64,000 nt of DNA, taken from positions 84 to 64,083 of the forward strand of contig CABYBK010000002.1 in assembly GCA_902517245.1 (NCBI GenBank), written 5' to 3'. The translations under genes were made by a program, and so were the position numbers. Positions 38,286 through 48,221 of this stretch are shown here, piece by piece (the stretch's first letter is position 1; each line of letters opens with the position of its first letter). The notes beneath the pieces were generated by a model, which was not told the origin of the DNA, made no database searches, and saw only the letters and a program-made list of their open reading frames with translations. The DNA comes from an uncultured Bacteroidota bacterium. Its GTDB lineage: Bacteria > Bacteroidota > Bacteroidia > Flavobacteriales > Flavobacteriaceae.

Positions 38286-39050
38286 TCAATTCCTAATCGA
38301 AAGAATAAATTCGTTAATTCTTTCAACTCCTTTGTCTTCCAAAAACTTAATAAATGCAGAACCTATTATGGCACCATTTGAATATTGAGTTGCAGCTGCA
38401 TAAGTCACGGAATTACTAATTCCAAAACCAACTAAAGTTGGCGAAGTCAATCTCATAGCCGAAACCCTCTGAAAATAATCTATTTGATTATTGCCAAATG
38501 TATTTTTTGCTCCGGTTACACTCGCACTACTTACCATATATATGAAACCCTTAGACACTTTGTCAATATATCGAATGCGCTCTTCTGAAGTTTGAGGTGT
38601 AATTAAAAACATATTATATAGACCGTGTTTATCAAAAAGATTCTTGTATTCTCTTTGATAAACATCTACAGGTAAATCTGGTATTATCAAACCATCAATT
38701 CCAATTGATTCACATCTTTTACAGAATTTTTCAATCCCAAATTGCATCATAGGATTGAAATAACCCATAAGAACAAGAGGAATGTCTATATGTGTTCTAA
38801 TGTTTTTTAATTGGGATAATAGTTTATCAGTTGTCATTCCATTTCTAAGGGCTTGCGTAGAGCTTTTTTGAATTGTAGGGCCGTCAGCTAGAGGGTCAGA
38901 AAAAGGGAGACCAATTTCGACCATATCTACTCCAGATGATTCTAGCTTTTTTAAAATAGGAACTGTATCCTCTAGGTTTGGATGTCCAGCAGAAAAATAG
39001 ATTGACAAAAGTTTTCTGTTATCCCTAAATTTTTGATCAATTCTGTTCAT
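38286..39050 (-). CDS. trpA: tryptophan synthase alpha chain
   Basis: 254 aa with VEIGLPFSDPLADGPTIQ and GFGIS motifs. Last gene of the trp operon. Confidence 0.95.
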   Translation of the reverse strand: MNRIDQKFRDNRKLLSIYFSAGHPNLEDTVPILKKLESSGVDMVEIGLPFSDPLADGPTIQKSSTQALRNGMTTDKLLSQLKNIRTHIDIPLVLMGYFNPMMQFGIEKFCKRCESIGIDGLIIPDLPVDVYQREYKNLFDKHGLYNMFLITPQTSEERIRYIDKVSKGFIYMVSSASVTGAKNTFGNNQIDYFQRVSAMRLTSPTLVGFGISNSVTYAAATQYSNGAIIGSAFIKFLEDKGVERINEFILSIRN

Positions 39051-40231
39051 TACAATTTAAAATGTTCAATATATGTATCTAAGTCCTTGTCACCACGACC
39101 CGAACAATTAAAAACTATTATTTCATGTTCTTTAAACTTCCGGATATCAAGCACAGCAAAGGCATGAGCTGTTTCAATAGCCGGAATAATACCTTCCATC
39201 TGGGAAAGTATAAGTCCCCAATCCATAGCTTCTTGGTCAGGTATGGAAATAAACTCTGCTCTTTTAGTGCGATAAAGATGAGCATGCATGGGACCTATAC
39301 CTGGATAATCTAAGCCAGCAGAAATAGAATAAGGTTCGGTAATTTGTCCGTCATGAGTTTGCATTAAAAGAGTTTTACTTCCATGTATGATTCCTTCTTT
39401 ACCTAAAACAGATGTTGCAGCACTTTCTCCAGAGTCAATCCCTTTGCCAGCTGCCTCAACGGCAATAATATTTACTCTTTCATCATTGAGGTAGTGGAAA
39501 TATATTCCAGCAGCATTACTTCCTCCCCCAACACAAGCTATTACGTGGTCAGGATAATCCCGCCCCTCTTGTTCTTTAAGTTGCCATTTAGTTTCCTCAC
39601 TGATAACTGATTGAAAACGGGCGACCATATCTGGATATGGATGAGGTCCCACTACTGAACCTATTATATAATGTGTATCTATTGGATTATTAATCCAATC
39701 TCGGATGGCTTCATTGGTAGCATCCTTAAGAGTTTTACTTCCCGATTTTGCAGGATAAACTTCCGCACCTAACATTTTCATACGAGCAACATTTGGAGCT
39801 TGACGTTTAATATCTATAGCCCCCATGTATACTACGCATTTAATTCCCATTAGAGCACAAACAGTAGCTGTCGCAACTCCATGTTGCCCAGCTCCAGTTT
39901 CAGCAATTATTCGATTTTTACCTAATCGCTTGGCTAATAAAATTTGACCAATAGTATTGTTTACTTTATGAGCTCCAGTATGGCATAAATCCTCTCGTTT
40001 TAAATATATTTTAGTATTGTACTTCTCCGATAAACGTTTTGCAAAATATAAAGGGGTGGGACGTCCTACATAATCCTTAAGTAAATCATCAAATTCTTTT
40101 TTAAACTCGGATTCCATGGAAATCTTTAAATAGTTTTCTCGTAACTCTGAAATGTTAGGATATAACATTTCAGGAATATAGGCGCCTCCAAAGTCACCAT
40201 AATATCCTTTTTCATCTACATTATAATTCAT
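39050..40231 (-). CDS. trpB: tryptophan synthase beta chain
   Basis: 393 aa with HTGAHKVNN (PLP Lys) and GGGSNAAG. Confidence 0.97.
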   Translation of the reverse strand: MNYNVDEKGYYGDFGGAYIPEMLYPNISELRENYLKISMESEFKKEFDDLLKDYVGRPTPLYFAKRLSEKYNTKIYLKREDLCHTGAHKVNNTIGQILLAKRLGKNRIIAETGAGQHGVATATVCALMGIKCVVYMGAIDIKRQAPNVARMKMLGAEVYPAKSGSKTLKDATNEAIRDWINNPIDTHYIIGSVVGPHPYPDMVARFQSVISEETKWQLKEQEGRDYPDHVIACVGGGSNAAGIYFHYLNDERVNIIAVEAAGKGIDSGESAATSVLGKEGIIHGSKTLLMQTHDGQITEPYSISAGLDYPGIGPMHAHLYRTKRAEFISIPDQEAMDWGLILSQMEGIIPAIETAHAFAVLDIRKFKEHEIIVFNCSGRGDKDLDTYIEHFKL

Positions 40232-40838
40232 CTATTTCTTTTTTAAATTCTTTTAAAGCTTTTATTTTTTTTATGCCAGGGGAAATTTCAAATTTACTAT
40301 TTACATCAATTGCATAAATGGGTAAAGTTCTTTTTAAAATTTTTTTTATTTGTACCATATTATCAATCCCAATTCCTCCACTTAAAAAAAATGATTTTCT
40401 GGAGGGATAATGGTTTAAAATATTCCATTCAAATACATATCCATTTCCCCCTGGTAATTTTCCTTTGGTATCAAATAAAAAAAAGTCACAATTTTCTTCA
40501 TAAGGCATAAGAATTGAAAAATCAAAGTGTTTTTTTATCGAAAAAGTTTTAATTACTTCAACTCCAAGCTTTTTAATTTGCTCACAAAATCTTGGCGTTT
40601 CTCTTCCATGTAATTGTACAGCTTGTAGTTGGTGTAAGGATATCATATTGTAAATATACTCCTCAGAAGCATCTACAAAAACACCTGTTTTTTTTATTTT
40701 TTTATTTAGATCTGGTGTTGATTTTTTAACAAAGCGACTTGACTTTTCCCAAAAAATAAAACCCATATAGTCTGGCTTTAAAATACTTAGGTCTAAAATA
40801 TTTTCAGTTTCTCTCATCCCACAAACTTTTAACCTCAT
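40221..40838 (-). CDS. trpF: phosphoribosylanthranilate isomerase
   Basis: 205 aa with LKVCGM...DYMGFIF and VQLHG motifs. Overlaps trpB by 11 nt and trpC by 4 nt. Confidence 0.9.
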   Translation of the reverse strand: MRLKVCGMRETENILDLSILKPDYMGFIFWEKSSRFVKKSTPDLNKKIKKTGVFVDASEEYIYNMISLHQLQAVQLHGRETPRFCEQIKKLGVEVIKTFSIKKHFDFSILMPYEENCDFFLFDTKGKLPGGNGYVFEWNILNHYPSRKSFFLSGGIGIDNMVQIKKILKRTLPIYAIDVNSKFEISPGIKKIKALKEFKKEIDEL

Positions 40839-41620
40839 GACTCTATATGTTTTATAAATTTTTGAGCTGTTTCTCCTGGGTTATCGGTCTTCATAAAGTT
40901 TTCACCAACCAGAAAACCTTGATAACCGTGGGTCTTTAAATCTTTAATTGCATCCACATCATTTAAGCCACTTTCAGAGATTTTGATAAATTCATCCGGT
41001 ATTTTATGGATTAAATTTTTACTTGTTGCTAAAGACACCCTAAATGTATTTAAATTACGATTATTCACCCCAATAATATCTAAACTTGGCATAATAGATT
41101 TTTCCAACTCTTGAAGATTATGAATTTCTAATAATACCTCTAGTCCATGTTCTTTTGCTTTGGTTGACAATTGTTTAATTTTTTCCCGACTTAAGACGCT
41201 TGCTATTAACAAAACTACATCTGCTCCATGAGCTTTCGCTTCAATAATTTGGTATTCGTCAATAATAAATTCTTTGCGCAGAATAGGGAAGCTAGTTGCC
41301 GAACGAGCGAGGTTTAGATCATCTAATGATCCTCCAAAATACTTTCCATCAGTTAACACAGACATTCCACATGCACCAGCTTTTTCGTAGCTACTTGCAA
41401 CTTCTGCAACCGATAGAGAGCTGTTTATATTTTGTTTAGATGGAGATCGACGTTTATGTTCGGCAATTATTCCTGAAGCACTTTTACTCAAACATTCTAC
41501 TAATGAATTTGACTGACGATCAAAAAGTGGAGAGGCCTCCAAATAAGGTATTGGAAATATCTTCTTCTTTTGAGCAACTTCGATCTGTTTATCTGCAATT
41601 ATAAAATCTAGAATACTCAT
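40835..41620 (-). CDS. trpC: indole-3-glycerol phosphate synthase
   Basis: 261 aa with IAEHKRRSPS, LRKEFIIDEYQI and GVNNRNL motifs. Confidence 0.95.
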   Translation of the reverse strand: MSILDFIIADKQIEVAQKKKIFPIPYLEASPLFDRQSNSLVECLSKSASGIIAEHKRRSPSKQNINSSLSVAEVASSYEKAGACGMSVLTDGKYFGGSLDDLNLARSATSFPILRKEFIIDEYQIIEAKAHGADVVLLIASVLSREKIKQLSTKAKEHGLEVLLEIHNLQELEKSIMPSLDIIGVNNRNLNTFRVSLATSKNLIHKIPDEFIKISESGLNDVDAIKDLKTHGYQGFLVGENFMKTDNPGETAQKFIKHIES

Positions 41621-42612
41621 TATTTACTAAGGGTTTGAAGTTTTGAGAGTACATTATATGCATTTCCGGAAAGTAAAGTTTCTTTGGCCTTTTGGAAGCC
41701 CTCGAGAGGAGATAAATTTAAAGCTGTTGCAATAGCCATTCCAGCATTTGCACAAACTACATTTTGTTGTGCAATCGTTCCCTTGTTTTGTATTATGTCA
41801 ATAAATATTTTTGTTGAATGGTCCACATTTTTTCCTCCTGATATAGCATTTTCCGATATTGGATCAACTCCAAAATCACGAGGCATCAATAAACTTTCAC
41901 TATTTTTACCAAAGGCTTTAGTAGGACCGGTGAGCGATATTTCATCATATCCATCTAATCCATAAAGGACTGTAAAGTTGGTATCTGTTTTTTGAAATAG
42001 GTAATAATAAAGTCTAGCTAATTCAAGATTAAATACACCTGTTAATTGATTTTTAGGTTTTACAGGATTTACTAAAGGGCCTAACATATTGAAAAAAGTT
42101 TTTACTCCAAGTTCACGTCTTACTGGTGCGACGTTTTTCATTGCTGGGTGGAAAAGTGGTGCATGCAGGATGCAAATGCCCGCTTGGTCTAAGCATCTCT
42201 TTAAAAAATCCTGTTCATTAGAAAATTTAACTCCAAGTGCTTCAAGGACGTTACTGGAGCCACAAGTCGATGAAACACCATAATTACCATGTTTGGTTAC
42301 TTTAATTCCAGCACCTGCTACAACAAAAGATGAAAGAGTAGAAATATTAAATGTGTCTTTACCGTCTCCACCTGTTCCACATAGGTCAATAGTATTATAT
42401 TCATCCATATTGATCAAAAGACACAATTCTAAAAGGGCGGAACGAAAACCCTCTAATTCGTCTAAACTAATACTGCGCATTAAATAGACAGTAAGGAATG
42501 AAGCGATTTGGGACGAAGTGTATTGCCCATCCGCAATATTAATAATCATCTGTCGTGATTCTTCCTTGCTGAGTTGTTCATGATTTATTAGTCTGTTGAG
42601 TATAGCTTTCAT
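41620..42612 (-). CDS. trpD: anthranilate phosphoribosyltransferase
   Basis: 330 aa with DLCGTGGDGKDTFNIST and KHGNYGVSS motifs. Confidence 0.95.
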   Translation of the reverse strand: MKAILNRLINHEQLSKEESRQMIINIADGQYTSSQIASFLTVYLMRSISLDELEGFRSALLELCLLINMDEYNTIDLCGTGGDGKDTFNISTLSSFVVAGAGIKVTKHGNYGVSSTCGSSNVLEALGVKFSNEQDFLKRCLDQAGICILHAPLFHPAMKNVAPVRRELGVKTFFNMLGPLVNPVKPKNQLTGVFNLELARLYYYLFQKTDTNFTVLYGLDGYDEISLTGPTKAFGKNSESLLMPRDFGVDPISENAISGGKNVDHSTKIFIDIIQNKGTIAQQNVVCANAGMAIATALNLSPLEGFQKAKETLLSGNAYNVLSKLQTLSK

Positions 42613-42614
42613 GT

Positions 42615-43178
42615 CTAACTATTAATCCAATTACTTAATATTTTTTTTCCATGGGACGTTAATACTGACTCTGGATGAAATTGCAATCCACAAACATCAT
42701 AAATTTTGTGTCGCAAAGACATTAAATACCCCTTATTATCAACTGAAGTAGCTATTAATTCATTGGGAAGAGGAGTTTCTACAACCCAAGAATGATATCT
42801 TGCAACATCAAAAGTTTTGGGAATATCATTAAACAGTAAATCTTCGTTAATAATTTTTATTGGTGTTGCAACACCGTGATATACTTTGTCGAGATTAATT
42901 AATTTTCCACCAAAAACTTCACCAATTGCTTGTTGCCCTAGACAAATACCCAGGATTTTTTTAGTAGAAGAATACCGTTTAATAGCTTCTTTCAAGAGAC
43001 CAGATTCATCAGGTATACCTGGGCCAGGTGATAAAAGCAAAAAAGGATAATTTTCTATCTCTTCAAGTTTGAATTTGTCATTTCGCTTTACGGTTACTTC
43101 GCAGTTCATTTCCTCCAGGTAGTGAACTAGGTTATATGTGAAAGAATCGTAATTATCTATGACAAATACTTTTTTCAT
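42615..43178 (-). CDS. trpG: anthranilate synthase component II (glutamine amidotransferase)
   Basis: 187 aa class-I GATase with GICLGQQ (Cys nucleophile) and QFHPES. Confidence 0.93.
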   Translation of the reverse strand: MKKVFVIDNYDSFTYNLVHYLEEMNCEVTVKRNDKFKLEEIENYPFLLLSPGPGIPDESGLLKEAIKRYSSTKKILGICLGQQAIGEVFGGKLINLDKVYHGVATPIKIINEDLLFNDIPKTFDVARYHSWVVETPLPNELIATSVDNKGYLMSLRHKIYDVCGLQFHPESVLTSHGKKILSNWINS

Positions 43179-43180
43179 AA

Positions 43181-44581
43181 TTAAATATTTTCTGCTAGCG
43201 TTAAAGCTTTATCTAAAGCGCCTAATTTATTATAGACCTCTTGTAATTCATTTTCTGGAACCGAATCAGCTACAATACCTGCTCCTGCTTGGTAATGGAG
43301 TTCATGATTTTTACTCAAGAATGAGCGAATAATAATCGCATGATTAAAATTCCCATGAAAATCCATGTAACCGATCGCACCTCCGTAAAAATTTCTTTTA
43401 GTAGTTTCATAACGATCAATCAGTTGTAATGCTTTATGTTTAGGAGCTCCACTTAATGTCCCTGCAGGGAAAGTATCTGCTACTACACGAAATGTTTTAG
43501 CAGATTTTTTCATTTTACAAGTTACTTTTGATACTAAGTGAATTACATGAGAATAGAATTGAACTTCTCGATTTTTTTCCACTTCAACTTTTGACCCATT
43601 TCTACTTAAATCATTTCTAGCTAAATCAACAAGCATAATATGTTCACTATTTTCCTTAGGATCTTTAGCTAATGCTTCAGCAGCTTTTGAATCTTTCTCG
43701 TCATCTCCTGTTCGGCGAAATGTACCAGCTATGGGATGGATCTCTGCTTTACTATCCTGGACTATTAATTGAGCTTCTGGTGAACTTCCAAAAATCCTAA
43801 AATAACCATAGTCAAAGAAAAATAAATAAGGAGAAGGATTAATTGATCTCAATGTTCGATATACATTAAATTCATCACCTTTAAAACCTTGGGAAAATCT
43901 TCTGGAAAGAACTAGCTGGAACACATCACCTCTATAGCAATGATCTTTTCCTTTTTTGACAAATTCAATAAATTGCTCGTCACTAAGATTAGAGGATTTT
44001 TCTCCCACTTTTTTAAAGTTAAAATGGCTATTGTTTTTGGCAGTTAGAAAAGCTTCGACATCATTTAGATTATGATTACCATTATAAATATGTGAAAATA
44101 AATGAGCTTCGTGATTAAAAAGACTAATGGCTATAATATTTTGATAAACAGCATAGTAAATGTCGGGAATATCACTACCGGGTTTTTTTTTGTCTAGTTC
44201 AATGTTTTCAAAACGATCTACAGCATCATGCCCTACATAACCGAAAATTCCATTACTAATAAATTTAAAAGGAAAACTTTTGCTTTTAAATTGTTTTGAA
44301 AATTGATGTATTCGTTCCGGAATATTCATATTTAAATCAACATCTTCTAGTTCTGAACTCCCATCTGGGAATTGTGATATAAGCTTGTTGTTCTTCAGTT
44401 CAATAGAAGCAATTGGATTACAACATATATATGAAAAGTCATTTTTATTTGCGTGATAATCACTGCTTTCTAAAAGTAAAGAATGAGGAAATACATCTCT
44501 CAATTTTAAATATACACTCACGGGTGTTATGGTATCAGCAAGTATTTTTTTGTGCTCCGTTTTAAGGGCAAATGTTTTCAT
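43181..44581 (-). CDS. trpE: anthranilate synthase component I
   Basis: 466 aa with LLESS (Trp feedback region), GTLSGAPK and GGAIGY chorismate-binding motifs. Confidence 0.95.
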   Translation of the reverse strand: MKTFALKTEHKKILADTITPVSVYLKLRDVFPHSLLLESSDYHANKNDFSYICCNPIASIELKNNKLISQFPDGSSELEDVDLNMNIPERIHQFSKQFKSKSFPFKFISNGIFGYVGHDAVDRFENIELDKKKPGSDIPDIYYAVYQNIIAISLFNHEAHLFSHIYNGNHNLNDVEAFLTAKNNSHFNFKKVGEKSSNLSDEQFIEFVKKGKDHCYRGDVFQLVLSRRFSQGFKGDEFNVYRTLRSINPSPYLFFFDYGYFRIFGSSPEAQLIVQDSKAEIHPIAGTFRRTGDDEKDSKAAEALAKDPKENSEHIMLVDLARNDLSRNGSKVEVEKNREVQFYSHVIHLVSKVTCKMKKSAKTFRVVADTFPAGTLSGAPKHKALQLIDRYETTKRNFYGGAIGYMDFHGNFNHAIIIRSFLSKNHELHYQAGAGIVADSVPENELQEVYNKLGALDKALTLAENI

Positions 44582-44594
44582 TTTATTGTAAATT

Positions 44595-44621
44595 AAAAAA
44601 GGCTTGTCGTGATGACAAGCC
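44595..44621 (-). terminator. intrinsic terminator / attenuator hairpin of the trp leader
   Basis: The minus strand reads GGCTTGTC-atcac-GACAAGCC (perfect 8-bp stem, 44621..44601) followed by TTTTTT (44600..44595). It ends 13 nt before the trpE ATG. Confidence 0.8.
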
Positions 44622-44652
44622 TAAATGTTTTATACAGTTGTAATCACTCAAA

Positions 44653-44703
44653 TCATCTTCGATTAGAGTGCCACCAGTTAATTTTGTTTGATATCAGTTT
44701 CAT
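44653..44703 (-). CDS. trp operon leader peptide, 16 aa (MKLISNKINWWHSNRR) with tandem Trp codons
   Basis: Hand-translated: ATG AAA CTG ATA TCA AAC AAA ATT AAC TGG TGG CAC TCT AAT CGA AGA TGA. The stop lies 31 nt upstream of the terminator stem. Confidence 0.75.
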   Translation of the reverse strand: MKLISNKINWWHSNRR

Positions 44704-44708
44704 TGTTT

Positions 44709-44716
44709 CAAATATA
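44709..44716 (-). promoter_or_regulatory. Bacteroidota -7 promoter-like motif TATATTTG upstream of the trp leader
   Basis: Matches TAnnTTTG on the minus strand, only 5 nt before the leader ATG. Confidence 0.35.
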
Positions 44717-44771
44717 ATACAAAAATTATAACTCATAATTGCTTTAACGTAATTTATAATTTCTGAGTATA

Positions 44772-45341
44772 TTAATTAAACACCAAATCTACTTTTAGTT
44801 CAATGTCGTCATAAATTAACTTATCTCCTAATTCATCGAAAAAGCTTGATGAACGAAATTTAACATTGTATTTTGATCTATCAAAAATAAGTTCTGCACT
44901 TGCACCTCTGTCATTAAATTCAAGTGTAAAGCTCGTAGGATTAATAATACCCTTGATTGTAAGGTCGCCTTGAACTGATAACTTATTCCCATCAATTTTC
45001 TTGGAGGATAAAATATTTAAAATGGCATTAGGATACTGGTCTACACCGAAAAAATCATCTGAGCGTAAATGATTTTCAAGATAATCCTTTGATCCACCAC
45101 TTAAATCCAAATTTTCAAGGCTTTTCATGTCCACGATAAATTTGCCTCCTATCACTAAATCGTTTTTTAAAATAATTTTTCCTTCACTAAACTTAAGAGA
45201 GCCGTAATGAATTTTTGTAGTAATTTCTTTACCAGTCCATTTGATATTACTTGAAGCTAAATCAATCGTTTTATCCTGACCTTTGACATACTTTGTAACG
45301 AAAATTAATAGCAAAAGCAATAAAATATTTTTCTTTTTCAT
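44772..45341 (-). CDS. YceI-like periplasmic lipid/polyisoprenoid-binding protein
   Basis: 189 aa with a signal peptide. KWTGKE...HYGSLKF...SDDFF...YP is YceI-like. Confidence 0.8.
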   Translation of the reverse strand: MKKKNILLLLLLIFVTKYVKGQDKTIDLASSNIKWTGKEITTKIHYGSLKFSEGKIILKNDLVIGGKFIVDMKSLENLDLSGGSKDYLENHLRSDDFFGVDQYPNAILNILSSKKIDGNKLSVQGDLTIKGIINPTSFTLEFNDRGASAELIFDRSKYNVKFRSSSFFDELGDKLIYDDIELKVDLVFN

Positions 45342-45351
45342 AGTTATTATT

Positions 45352-45771
45352 TTATTCCCACCCTTTTTTTAACAAAGAAATAAGTTTTTCTTTTTCATTT
45401 TCAGAGAGGTTTTGTGTAATCCTATCCTCAGATGTTTCAACGACAGAATCAATTACTGATAACATTTCAAGCCCCTCTGTAGTTATAAATAATTCAATTT
45501 TTCTTCTATTTATTTCACAAATATTTCTCTTCACATAATTTTTGTCAATTAGTTTATCAATAATACGAGTAGTATTACTTTTTGGATTTACCATTCTTTC
45601 TTGAACAGTTGAAAGATTAGCAGCTAAACCTTTTTGACCCCTTAAAATTCTGAGTACATTAAATTGTTGAAGAGATATTTTGTAAGGTTTCAGCGATTTA
45701 GCAAGAGATTCACCTACTTTACAATTAGATTTAATTAGAGTTATTACAAGGTTTTTAGACTGTGTTGACAT
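45352..45771 (-). CDS. MarR family transcriptional regulator
   Basis: Winged HTH (ISLQQFNVLRILRG...LSTVQERMV...SNTTRIIDKLIDKNYVKR). I prefer the ATG at 45771 over the TTG at 45798. Confidence 0.88.
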   Translation of the reverse strand: MSTQSKNLVITLIKSNCKVGESLAKSLKPYKISLQQFNVLRILRGQKGLAANLSTVQERMVNPKSNTTRIIDKLIDKNYVKRNICEINRRKIELFITTEGLEMLSVIDSVVETSEDRITQNLSENEKEKLISLLKKGWE

Positions 45772-45883
45772 ATGTGGTAACAAATGTTGTACGCACAAAT
45801 ATATAATATATATTTAAAGTAAAATTATTTTTTTTGATTTGTTTAATGAAATTTGACATTGTAACTTGGATTAAAAATAAAAT

Positions 45884-46192
45884 ATGGATTTATCACAAAA
45901 AATGTGGATTCAAAATCAGCAATCTGAATCTGAAAGCGTAATATTAGATGTAAGAACACCAGAAGAATATCATGCAGGTCATATTCCAAAAGCAAAGTTG
46001 ATCAATATTCAAAACCCTCATGAATTTATGAATAAATTAAGTGAGCTAGATGCTTCAAAGAAATATTATGTTTACTGTCGATCTGGGGCAAGAAGTGCAC
46101 AAGCATGTCAGCTCCTAAAACAACAAGGAATATCAGATTGTTATAATTTGCTTGGTGGAGTTATAGAATGGAAAGGCAATCTAATTAGTTAA
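45884..46192 (+). CDS. single-domain rhodanese sulfurtransferase
   Basis: 102 aa with DVRTPEEY and the active-site loop CRSGARS. Confidence 0.88.
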   Translation: MDLSQKMWIQNQQSESESVILDVRTPEEYHAGHIPKAKLINIQNPHEFMNKLSELDASKKYYVYCRSGARSAQACQLLKQQGISDCYNLLGGVIEWKGNLIS

Positions 46193-46207
46193 TTACTAAT
46201 TTAATTT

Positions 46208-46435
46208 ATGAATATATCTAGTCGTCTACGTGTTTTTTTTGAAAGAAACGGTTTTGCTGTTTCAACGAGAATGGCAGAATTGCTTGGAATGAAAGTCAAA
46301 AGTGTTCGTTTATTTTTCATCTATGCCTCTTTCACAACTTTGATAGGAGGCTTTATCGTTTATTTAATCTTGGCATTTTGGTTAAAACTTAAAGATCTTA
46401 TCTATACAAAAAGGACGTCTGTTTTTGATTTATAA
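46208..46435 (+). CDS. PspC-domain small membrane protein
   Basis: 75 aa. GMKVKSVRLFFIY followed by a TM helix. Confidence 0.65.
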   Translation: MNISSRLRVFFERNGFAVSTRMAELLGMKVKSVRLFFIYASFTTLIGGFIVYLILAFWLKLKDLIYTKRTSVFDL

Positions 46436-46564
46436 AAATTTACTTTGCTAGTTTATAATATTTTCTTTGATTAATTTTAAAGCTAGGAATTTTAAAGATT
46501 TACTCAGTAATTTAAAATTTAATTGAATCTTTCTGTTGATTAATTTGTTTTTCTATTCCTTTTT

Positions 46565-48175
46565 ATGATATTGAGCCTATCAAACTTTCAAAAAAAATTC
46601 ATGAAATTTCCACCGAAAATAAACAACTGTTTAACATCCATTTTTTTTCTACTAATTAACACTCCTATTTATTCACAGGATCGTGGTTTGGATGAGCGAA
46701 TTAATGAAGCTTTTACTCCGGTGGCAAATTGGTGGGAGGGTTTAATTTTACATAATTTTCCAGGAACGGAAATTCCTACAATAATTTTTTTACTTGTTGG
46801 TGGTGCTTTATTTTTTACCGTCTACTTCGGATTTGTTAATGTACGTCACTTTTCAACTGCAATAAATACAGTTCGTGGAAAGTATGATAATGCAGATCAA
46901 CAATCAAAAAAAGCTATTTCAGAAGAAAATGAAGAAGGTGAAGTTAGCCACTTTCAGGCCCTAGCAACTGCGGTATCTGGCACGGTTGGAAATGGAAATA
47001 TTGCTGGAGTAGCATTAGCTATTGCAGTAGGTGGTCCGGGGGCTACATTTTGGATGATTTTATGTGGTCTGTTAGGTATGTCTACAAAATTTGTGGAGTG
47101 TACTTTAGGAGTTAAATACCGTGATGTTGGAGATGACGGTACTGTTTATGGAGGACCAATGTATTATTTGACCAAAGGACTCAGTGAAAAAGGCTTTGGT
47201 ACTCTTGGTAAAATATTGGCTGGAATCTTTGCTTTTTTATGTGTAGGAGCCTCATTTGGTGGAGGAAATGCAGCTCAGTCCAATCAAGCTGCTATGCAAT
47301 TAGTTGATTCATTTGGTATGTCGGGTGGTAGCGCACGAACTATCATAGGGATTATCATGATGATTTTGGTTGGAATTATTATTATCGGTGGAATTAAACG
47401 TATAGCTTCGGTTACTGAAAAAATAGTTCCATTTATGGCTCTTATGTATCTTATTGCCTGTTTATACATTATACTGACCAATTTCAATTTTGTTGATGAC
47501 GCATTTGGGATGATATTTAGTCAGGCCTTTAGTCCACAGGCAGGCCTTGGAGGATTACTTGGTGTTTTAATTACTGGATTTAGAAGAGCAGCCTTTTCCA
47601 ATGAAGCTGGAGCTGGATCTGCTTCAATAGCGCACTCAGCTGTTAAAACTAATTATGCAGCTTCGGAAGGATTGGTTGCTTTGTTAGAGCCTTTTATCGA
47701 TACTGTAGTAATATGTACTATGACAGCTCTAGTGATTATTATCTTTAATGGAGATAATACTGTATTTGATTATGGTGGTGTTGGAGGAGTTGTAATGATT
47801 GATGGAGTTCCAGCTGAGGGGGCAGGAATCACGGCAGCTGCCTTTGCGAAATATATATCTTTTTCAGGTCCTTTCCTTACAATTGCCGTAGTACTGTTTG
47901 CTATATCTACAATGATTTCTTGGTCTTATTACGGTTTACAATCTTGGATGTATATTTTTGGAAAAAGTAAAGTTTCTGAACTGACATACAAATCCTTATT
48001 TTTAATTTTTATTGTTATCGGTGCTGCAGGTGATATGTCTTCTGTTTGGGCTTTTTCAGATGCTATGATTTTAGCTTTGGTTTTTCCTAATATGATAGGA
48101 TTATTATTGTTATACCCCCGTGTTAAGGAAGAACTAAATAATTATTTATCAGCTATAGCAATAATAAAAAAGTAG
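46565..48175 (+). CDS. alanine/glycine:cation symporter (AGCS family)
   Basis: 536 aa with SGTVGNGNIAGVALAIAVGGPGATFWM and FSNEAGAGSASIAHSA motifs. An alternative start exists at 46601. Confidence 0.9.
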   Translation: MILSLSNFQKKFMKFPPKINNCLTSIFFLLINTPIYSQDRGLDERINEAFTPVANWWEGLILHNFPGTEIPTIIFLLVGGALFFTVYFGFVNVRHFSTAINTVRGKYDNADQQSKKAISEENEEGEVSHFQALATAVSGTVGNGNIAGVALAIAVGGPGATFWMILCGLLGMSTKFVECTLGVKYRDVGDDGTVYGGPMYYLTKGLSEKGFGTLGKILAGIFAFLCVGASFGGGNAAQSNQAAMQLVDSFGMSGGSARTIIGIIMMILVGIIIIGGIKRIASVTEKIVPFMALMYLIACLYIILTNFNFVDDAFGMIFSQAFSPQAGLGGLLGVLITGFRRAAFSNEAGAGSASIAHSAVKTNYAASEGLVALLEPFIDTVVICTMTALVIIIFNGDNTVFDYGGVGGVVMIDGVPAEGAGITAAAFAKYISFSGPFLTIAVVLFAISTMISWSYYGLQSWMYIFGKSKVSELTYKSLFLIFIVIGAAGDMSSVWAFSDAMILALVFPNMIGLLLLYPRVKEELNNYLSAIAIIKK

Positions 48176-48221
48176 TAAGTCCTAAGAATAATAAATATAT
48201 ATTTGTAATAAAAAATTGTAT

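Noticed and set aside
46436-46564. A possible glycine or other riboswitch upstream of the alanine/glycine:cation symporter.
   Set aside because: The spacer is almost pure A/T, with none of the conserved GGAGAG...CACCG-type glycine riboswitch cores or any stable stems.
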